Below are positions 58,981-64,000 of a DNA stretch of 64,000 nt, in pieces. The first letter of the stretch is position 1, and each line of letters starts with the position of its first letter. This DNA comes from an uncultured Erysipelotrichaceae bacterium (lineage in GTDB: Bacteria; Bacillota_I; Bacilli_A; RF39; UBA660): contig CACWUS010000005.1 of NCBI GenBank assembly GCA_902764145.1, forward strand, positions 4,207-68,206, in the 5' to 3' direction. The notes below the pieces were generated by a model. That model made no database searches and was not told the DNA's origin. It saw only the letters and a list, made by a program, of their open reading frames with translations. The position numbers were made by a program, and so were the translations under genes.

Positions 58981-59967
58981 ATGAAAGATTATAAAACGGC
59001 AGCTGATTATTATGCAGAAGCAGAAGACAAAGAAATTGCACTCGCAATAGAAGGATTAAAAAGAATAAGTGAAAAAAGATTTAATGAATATAAAAAGGCA
59101 AAAAGATTTATAGACTTACATACTCATACATGTTATTCTGATGGAGAATTAGAGCCAATAGAATTATTGAATCTTGCAGTTGATAAGAAAGTATCTACTT
59201 TATCAATTTGTGATCATGACACATTGGATGGTATAAAAGATGCTAGGGAAAATCATTCTGATTTTATAAAAGAAAGTGGTATTGAATTAATAAATGGTAT
59301 TGAACTATCTGCACAAGTTTCTAAAGGAATAATGCATATACTTGGATATGATATAGACATTTATAACAAAGATTTGAATGATAAAATTATAGAACTAAAA
59401 AACAATAGTATGTATTCTATGATTTCCTATTTAAATGAATTAAAGAATAACTATGGTATTAGATTTAAAACAGAGGACATACAAGAATTATTTAATATTA
59501 AGGGTAATTTAGGAAGGCCTCATTTAGCAAGATTATTAGTGAAATATAAATATGCTGTTAATATTCAAGATGCATTTGATAAATATTTAATTCAGGTATA
59601 TGAAAATGTAAGAGATTTAAATGAAAAACCAAGTTATGAAGAATGTATTTCATTAATAAAGAATGCTGGAGGTTATGCAGTGCTTGCTCATCCTTATTCA
59701 TTAAGACAAAGTAAAATAGAATTATTAAAAACAATAAAAGATATGGTTTCATGTGGACTCGATGGGATAGAAGTGTATCACTCAAATCATAGTCTTGATC
59801 AAATGAACTATTATATGCAAATGGTTCAAGATTATAATTTGTTATATACTGCTGGAAGTGATTTTCATGGTAAAAGAGTCAAACCTGATATCGAATTAGG
59901 AAGTGGAAAAGATAATAATTTAAATATCAGGTATGTATCATTGGTAAAAAAAATAAGCAAACGTTAA
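58981..59967 (+). CDS. PHP-domain phosphoesterase (TrpH/YciV-type)
   Basis: DLHTHTCYSDG, CDHD, GIELS, HILGY, GRPHLA, AHP, GIEVYHS, GSDFHG. Confidence 0.92.
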   Translation: MKDYKTAADYYAEAEDKEIALAIEGLKRISEKRFNEYKKAKRFIDLHTHTCYSDGELEPIELLNLAVDKKVSTLSICDHDTLDGIKDARENHSDFIKESGIELINGIELSAQVSKGIMHILGYDIDIYNKDLNDKIIELKNNSMYSMISYLNELKNNYGIRFKTEDIQELFNIKGNLGRPHLARLLVKYKYAVNIQDAFDKYLIQVYENVRDLNEKPSYEECISLIKNAGGYAVLAHPYSLRQSKIELLKTIKDMVSCGLDGIEVYHSNHSLDQMNYYMQMVQDYNLLYTAGSDFHGKRVKPDIELGSGKDNNLNIRYVSLVKKISKR

Positions 59968-60401
59968 AGTTTGCTTATTTTTTGTAATGCTTCTTTATAT
60001 TTATTTTCAGTAAATCCTAAAGTAGGTGCTGTTTGTACATGATATGGAGCCATTTCACTACTGAAATAAGCATCATCAATAACAATAAATTTTCCTACAA
60101 GGTTTTCATCCAAATATTTTTTTATTTCAAACTCTTTTCCATAATGAGATGTTCCAGTTTTGCCTAATATCTCTATACTTTTATCTAAACCAGAGTTATA
60201 TAAAAAGTCTTTATAGTCCATATGATTTCTCCATGAACTACATACAACTATCTTAAAACCAGTTTCTAAACATAATTTATTCAAATAAAAAATAGCGTCA
60301 GGATTTTCAAAAGTGCCACTAAAATTATCGGATTTGATATTAATTACTCCATCAAAATCCAAGAAAATAACATTATCTAATTCAGAATTATTATTCTTCA
60401 T
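59964..60401 (-). CDS. HAD phosphatase of the Swiss-army-knife RNA-repair-like type (HAD_SAK_2)
   Basis: FLDFDGVI, VVCSSWR, VIDD, GFTE motifs. Confidence 0.8.
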   Translation of the reverse strand: MKNNNSELDNVIFLDFDGVINIKSDNFSGTFENPDAIFYLNKLCLETGFKIVVCSSWRNHMDYKDFLYNSGLDKSIEILGKTGTSHYGKEFEIKKYLDENLVGKFIVIDDAYFSSEMAPYHVQTAPTLGFTENKYKEALQKISKL

Positions 60402-60479
60402 TTATCCCTCCACTCTTAATTTAGTATAACATATGAAATAATATTAATTCAATATTAGATGTTAAAAACAGCACGAAAT

Positions 60480-60508
60480 TTGACTTTTGAGGCTAATTGT
60501 GGTATAAT
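60480..60508 (+). promoter_or_regulatory. sigmaA promoter with extended -10
   Basis: TTGACT-N17-TATAAT with TG at -15/-14. Confidence 0.8.
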
Positions 60509-60514
60509 TTATAT

Positions 60515-60628
60515 GTCCTTTGGGATGGGGATATTAGGTTTGACTTATAAGATTGAGATATAAGTACCTAATAATATAAATACATTTTATTATCAGATAA
60601 AAGAACTATTCATTTGAATAGTTTTTTT
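60515..60628 (+). ncRNA. Candidate stand-alone structured small RNA (~115 nt), family unknown
   Basis: Bounded by a sigmaA promoter and an intrinsic terminator; 15 bp bulged hairpin at 60532-60573; next gene has its own promoter. Confidence 0.55.
60604..60628 (+). terminator. Intrinsic terminator of the candidate sRNA
   Basis: AACTATTC-attt-GAATAGTT plus T run. Confidence 0.75.
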
Positions 60629-60635
60629 ATTTGTA

Positions 60636-60664
60636 TTGACAAACTGTTCTGAAAATAATATAAT
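60636..60664 (+). promoter_or_regulatory. Consensus sigmaA promoter for the PfoR-like gene
   Basis: TTGACA-N17-TATAAT. Confidence 0.85.
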
Positions 60665-60705
60665 GTTATTAACAAAAAGTTAAAAACAAAAGAAAGAGGC
60701 GTTTT

Positions 60706-61776
60706 ATGAAAAAGAAAATTAAAAAAATATTTAATCACATTTTTATTGATGGATTAACAGGAATGGCATGGGGATTATTTTCAACTCTTATTATTGGACT
60801 TATTATTGAACAAATAGGTAAATTAGTTGGAGATTGTTTGGTTGGTAATACTTTAATAATGTTTGGAAAGATTTGTTCTATATTAACAGGTGCTGGTATT
60901 GGAGTTGGGGTTGCAATAAAATATAAGAGTTCTAACTTTGTTACTTTATCTGCTGCTGGTGCTGGTTTAATTGGAGCTTATGCAAGTAAAATAATAACTG
61001 GTAGCATATTTGTTAACGGTAGTATTGTATTGAGTGGTCCAGGTGAACCATTAGGTGCATTTTTAGCAAGTTTTGTTGGTGTTACATTTGGAAACTTAGT
61101 AAGTGGAAAGACTAAAGTTGATATTATAGTTGTTCCTCTTGTAACAATTATACTTGGTGGTGCGGTTGGTTTATTGGTGGGGCCTAGTATATCAAGTATG
61201 ATGAGTGCATTAGGTAACTTAATAAATTGGTCAGTGGAAAAACAACCTTTTGTAATGGGAATTTTAGTTTCAATTATTATGGGTATGATATTAACTTTAC
61301 CAATTAGTTCTGCAGCTCTTGCAATTATTTTAAATTTGAGTGGCTTAGCAGCTGGAGCTGCAACTGTTGGTTGTTCAGCTAATATGATTGGTTTTGCTGT
61401 TGCAAGTTATAAGGAGAACAAAGTATCTGGTTTATTATCTCAAGGGTTAGGAACAAGTATGCTTCAAGTTCCAAATATTATGAAAAAGCCAATTATTTGG
61501 TTACCAGCAATTGTAGCAAGTGCTATTTTAGGGCCTCTATCAACTATGGTATTTAAAATGACAAATAATTCTTCTGGAGCTGGTATGGGAACTTCTGGAT
61601 TAGTTGGCCAATTTATGACTTGGCAAACTATGTCAGGAGTAGAAAATCATTTAACTCTTTTAATTAAAATATTATTATTACATTTTATATTACCTGGATT
61701 AATTGCTTATGTAGTTTCATTTATTATGAGAAAAAAAGGTATTATTAAAGAAGGAGACATGAAACTTGAACAATAA
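60706..61776 (+). CDS. PfoR-family membrane protein (PTS EIIC-like, COG3641)
   Basis: GLTGMAWGLFSTLIIG, GPGEPLG, LTLPISSAA, QGLGTSMLQVPN, GMGTSGLVG. Confidence 0.88.
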   Translation: MKKKIKKIFNHIFIDGLTGMAWGLFSTLIIGLIIEQIGKLVGDCLVGNTLIMFGKICSILTGAGIGVGVAIKYKSSNFVTLSAAGAGLIGAYASKIITGSIFVNGSIVLSGPGEPLGAFLASFVGVTFGNLVSGKTKVDIIVVPLVTIILGGAVGLLVGPSISSMMSALGNLINWSVEKQPFVMGILVSIIMGMILTLPISSAALAIILNLSGLAAGAATVGCSANMIGFAVASYKENKVSGLLSQGLGTSMLQVPNIMKKPIIWLPAIVASAILGPLSTMVFKMTNNSSGAGMGTSGLVGQFMTWQTMSGVENHLTLLIKILLLHFILPGLIAYVVSFIMRKKGIIKEGDMKLEQ

Positions 61777-61841
61777 AAGTAGCTTTGCTACTTTTTAATT
61801 TTTTAATTATGTTATATAATTAGAACATATAATTATGATGG

Positions 61842-62297
61842 GTGATTACTTTGAATAAATACAATGATTTAATAAATGAATATGCATCTGATATATTAAA
61901 TAATGAGAATGTTTTAAGTCAAAAAAAATATATGCAACATGGTAATACTAGTACATATGAGCATACATATAAAGTTACTCTTGAAGCTTTGAAACTTTCT
62001 GATAAATTAAAATTAAAAGTTGATAAAAAAACGCTTATTAGAGGTTGCTTATTACATGATTATTATTTATATGATTGGCATGAAAATGATAAAAGTCATA
62101 GACTGCATGGATTTCATCATGCTAAGAAAGCACTTGATAATGCAAAGAGAGATTTTAATTTAAATAAAATAGAAGAAAATATGATATATACTCATATGTT
62201 TCCTCTAAATTTAAGAATACCAAAATATAAAGAAAGTATAATATTATGTGTTGCTGATAAAATTAGTGCAGTAAAGGAAACATTCAATAGAAAATAA
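61842..62297 (+). CDS. HD-domain phosphohydrolase
   Basis: QHGNTSTYEH, LLHDY, HGFHH, HMFP, ADK. Confidence 0.88.
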   Translation: MITLNKYNDLINEYASDILNNENVLSQKKYMQHGNTSTYEHTYKVTLEALKLSDKLKLKVDKKTLIRGCLLHDYYLYDWHENDKSHRLHGFHHAKKALDNAKRDFNLNKIEENMIYTHMFPLNLRIPKYKESIILCVADKISAVKETFNRK

Positions 62298-62321
62298 AAA
62301 ATTTGGAAATTCCAAATTTTT

Positions 62322-62750
62322 TTAATTACATTTTGCATTTTGTCTTTCAAAATATTTTTGTATTTCTTCTTTACTCATAGTTGGTTTAAATAAACCATTT
62401 TCAAATTTTTCTAATTTTGCCAAATCTAAGTCAAAAGTAAGTGTAACTATTTTTCCATTAATAGATTTTCTACAATTACTATACATATCTGATTGAGTAT
62501 TTAAGTTTTTAAGTATACTATCACAAAAATCTTGATTTTTAATTGAATCAAATTGTTCATCAGTTAAACTACTAAATTTAAGATCCATAACAGTTTCACC
62601 GCTAATAGCGATTTTTTTAGTGTCATTATATGTAATATTGATTCTTGCAGAAGCACTTTCTTCATCTCTTGCACAAGAAATAACACTTGTTTTTTCAGTA
62701 CATCCAGTTAATAAAAATAATATACACGCTAGCACTAATAATTTTTTCAC
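62322..62750 (-). CDS. Lipoprotein of unknown function
   Basis: Lipobox LLTGC after a basic/hydrophobic signal peptide. Confidence 0.75.
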   Translation of the reverse strand: MKKLLVLACILFLLTGCTEKTSVISCARDEESASARINITYNDTKKIAISGETVMDLKFSSLTDEQFDSIKNQDFCDSILKNLNTQSDMYSNCRKSINGKIVTLTFDLDLAKLEKFENGLFKPTMSKEEIQKYFERQNAKCN

Positions 62751-62829
62751 TATTTACACCTCCATTTTTATTATAGAATGCTTGACTTTGAAAAATAAAT
62801 AGCTATAATACCTCTTTAAGGAGAGTGTT

Positions 62830-63468
62830 ATGTCAAAAGAAGAAAGTGTAATAAAATATTATTTAATTTGTAATAAATTAAAAGATGTTATTAGAACAGG
62901 TTGGAAAGATTGGAATGTTAAAAGAGATAGAATAGAAAGTGTAGCTGAACATATATTTGGAGTTCAAATGTTAGCAATAGCTATGAAATCAGAATATCAA
63001 TATGATATAGATATTATGAAGGTAATATTTATGATTGCTATTCATGAATTAGGTGAAACTGTAATAGGGGATTTAACTCAATTTCAAATTTCAAAAGAAG
63101 AAAAAGAAAAATTAGAGCATAAGGCAGTTCATGATATTCTTAGAGGTTTATTAGATGGAGAACAAATAGAAGAATTATTTTTAGAATTTGATTCTCATCA
63201 AACAAAAGAAGCAATATTTGCATATCAATGTGATAAATTAGAGTGTGATATTCAAAGCAAAATATATGATTGTGAAAACTGTGTTGATTTAAATAATCAA
63301 GAAAAAAATAAGACTTTTAAAAATGCAAGAGTACAACAACTATTGAGTGAAGGAAATTCTTGGTCATCTATGTGGTTAAAATTTGGTCAACAAGTATATC
63401 CTTATGATGAAAATTTCCTAGCAGTATCAAATTATGTCATCAATAATGAACTTAAAAGAGTTAAATAA
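62830..63468 (+). CDS. HD-domain hydrolase (YfbR/HD_3 5'-deoxynucleotidase-like)
   Basis: LKDVIRTGW, ESVAEH, AIHELGE..IGD, CDKLE. Confidence 0.85.
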   Translation: MSKEESVIKYYLICNKLKDVIRTGWKDWNVKRDRIESVAEHIFGVQMLAIAMKSEYQYDIDIMKVIFMIAIHELGETVIGDLTQFQISKEEKEKLEHKAVHDILRGLLDGEQIEELFLEFDSHQTKEAIFAYQCDKLECDIQSKIYDCENCVDLNNQEKNKTFKNARVQQLLSEGNSWSSMWLKFGQQVYPYDENFLAVSNYVINNELKRVK

Positions 63469-63547
63469 CTCTTTTTTTATTTTTCACATTAAATAACTAG
63501 TTTTTGTTTGATAAAATTGTTATAATGTAAAATAGGAGAGTGATGTT

Positions 63548-64000
63548 ATGAAAAAACATTTCTTTGTTTTGGCAATTTTATTGTTATTTATATTAAATAT
63601 TAGAGTTTATGCTGAAGAAACTCCTACTATTACATTAAATGGAGTAAATGATATTCTATCAAACGATGATAATGATAACAATGAATTAGTAGAAAAAGAC
63701 AGTGATAACTATTACTCTATTAATGGAAGTTATTTTCAAGTTCTATATGGAATAAACAATATTAGTAGTGATTATTGCTTATTAAGAGAAACTTATGAAG
63801 TGAGTGGTCCGGAACTTGCAGAAGTTAACTGTGATTATGCGGAAGATGGCATGGAAGAATATATGGCTTGTGATCACTGTCACTTGAGATATTCTATTGT
63901 TAAAAAAAGTGATTATGAAGAAATGTCAGAAGAATATGAAGAGGTACCTATGGAGACTCTTACAACACTTAAAAAGTATGATAGCATTTTAGTTAATCTT
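63548..64000 (+). CDS. Secreted acidic protein, partial (runs off window), contains CxxCH
   Basis: AGGAG RBS; MKKHFFVLAILLLFILNIRVYA signal peptide; open frame to the window end; not in the supplied track. Confidence 0.75.
   Translation, partial: MKKHFFVLAILLLFILNIRVYAEETPTITLNGVNDILSNDDNDNNELVEKDSDNYYSINGSYFQVLYGINNISSDYCLLRETYEVSGPELAEVNCDYAEDGMEEYMACDHCHLRYSIVKKSDYEEMSEEYEEVPMETLTTLKKYDSILVNL

Noticed and set aside
60527-60544. tmRNA (ssrA) gene
   Set aside because: Only the 5' 18 nt look similar; no tag reading frame, T-arm or 3' acceptor-CCA, and a terminator follows within ~100 nt
373-62802. Short overlapping or antisense ORFs in the supplied track (e.g. 373-555, 4544-4732, 6223-6432, 11274-11561, 31271-31660, 37910-38287, 45747-46130, 55111-55371, 58287-58649)
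   Set aside because: All lie within well-supported genes on the other strand or frame, lack an RBS and recognisable motifs, and show the composition expected of antisense shadows
1-64000. Genetic code 4 (UGA = Trp) as in Mycoplasmatales
   Set aside because: Genes are full length under code 11, Trp is TGG, and TGA serves as stop in ATGA/GTGA overlaps (e.g. 22014-22017, 57141-57144)

Overview
A very AT-rich chromosomal segment that uses genetic code 11 (TGA is a stop, e.g. 10886-10888 and 57142-57144). It comes from a walled, genome-reduced Firmicute; gene style suggests the uncultured RF39/CAG-type Bacilli, which is an inference. soj-spo0J-yyzM-abgT-ychF suggests an origin-proximal location. 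The window holds about 65 tightly packed CDS and one tRNA-Asn(GTT). I found no integrase, transposase, prophage or CRISPR array. Housekeeping content: peptidoglycan and envelope genes (murE, murF, ddl, murI, class A PBP, class B sortase, LTA-synthase family, processive GT2), phosphoketolase, tsaE, carD, mscL, coaD/coaE, Hsp20 with a CIRCE, and spore genes (cwlJ, a cotJA-cotJB fusion, cotJC) behind sigmaK/sigmaE-type promoter motifs. Main candidate for an undescribed system: a four-gene operon at 8088-13269. It encodes a TasA/camelysin-like small subunit, a SipW-type (Ser-His) signal peptidase fused to a polytopic membrane domain, a DUF5305-like protein, and a large subunit with the same prepilin-like N-terminus plus Fn3 and a GGG|C Hint domain lacking the terminal His-Asn. 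This reads as a SipW-processed surface fibre whose minor subunit autoprocesses. Other leads: a coaE-coaD-MBL-Nudix-PHP operon that looks like a CoA recycling (or CoA-RNA) module, a stand-alone ~115 nt structured RNA at ~60515-60628 with its own consensus promoter and terminator, an NBD1-only Clp ATPase with a divergent pore loop, and a stand-alone E2-type acyltransferase with His->Glu coupled to an acyl-CoA ligase. All family assignments come from motif recognition by eye; no searches were run.
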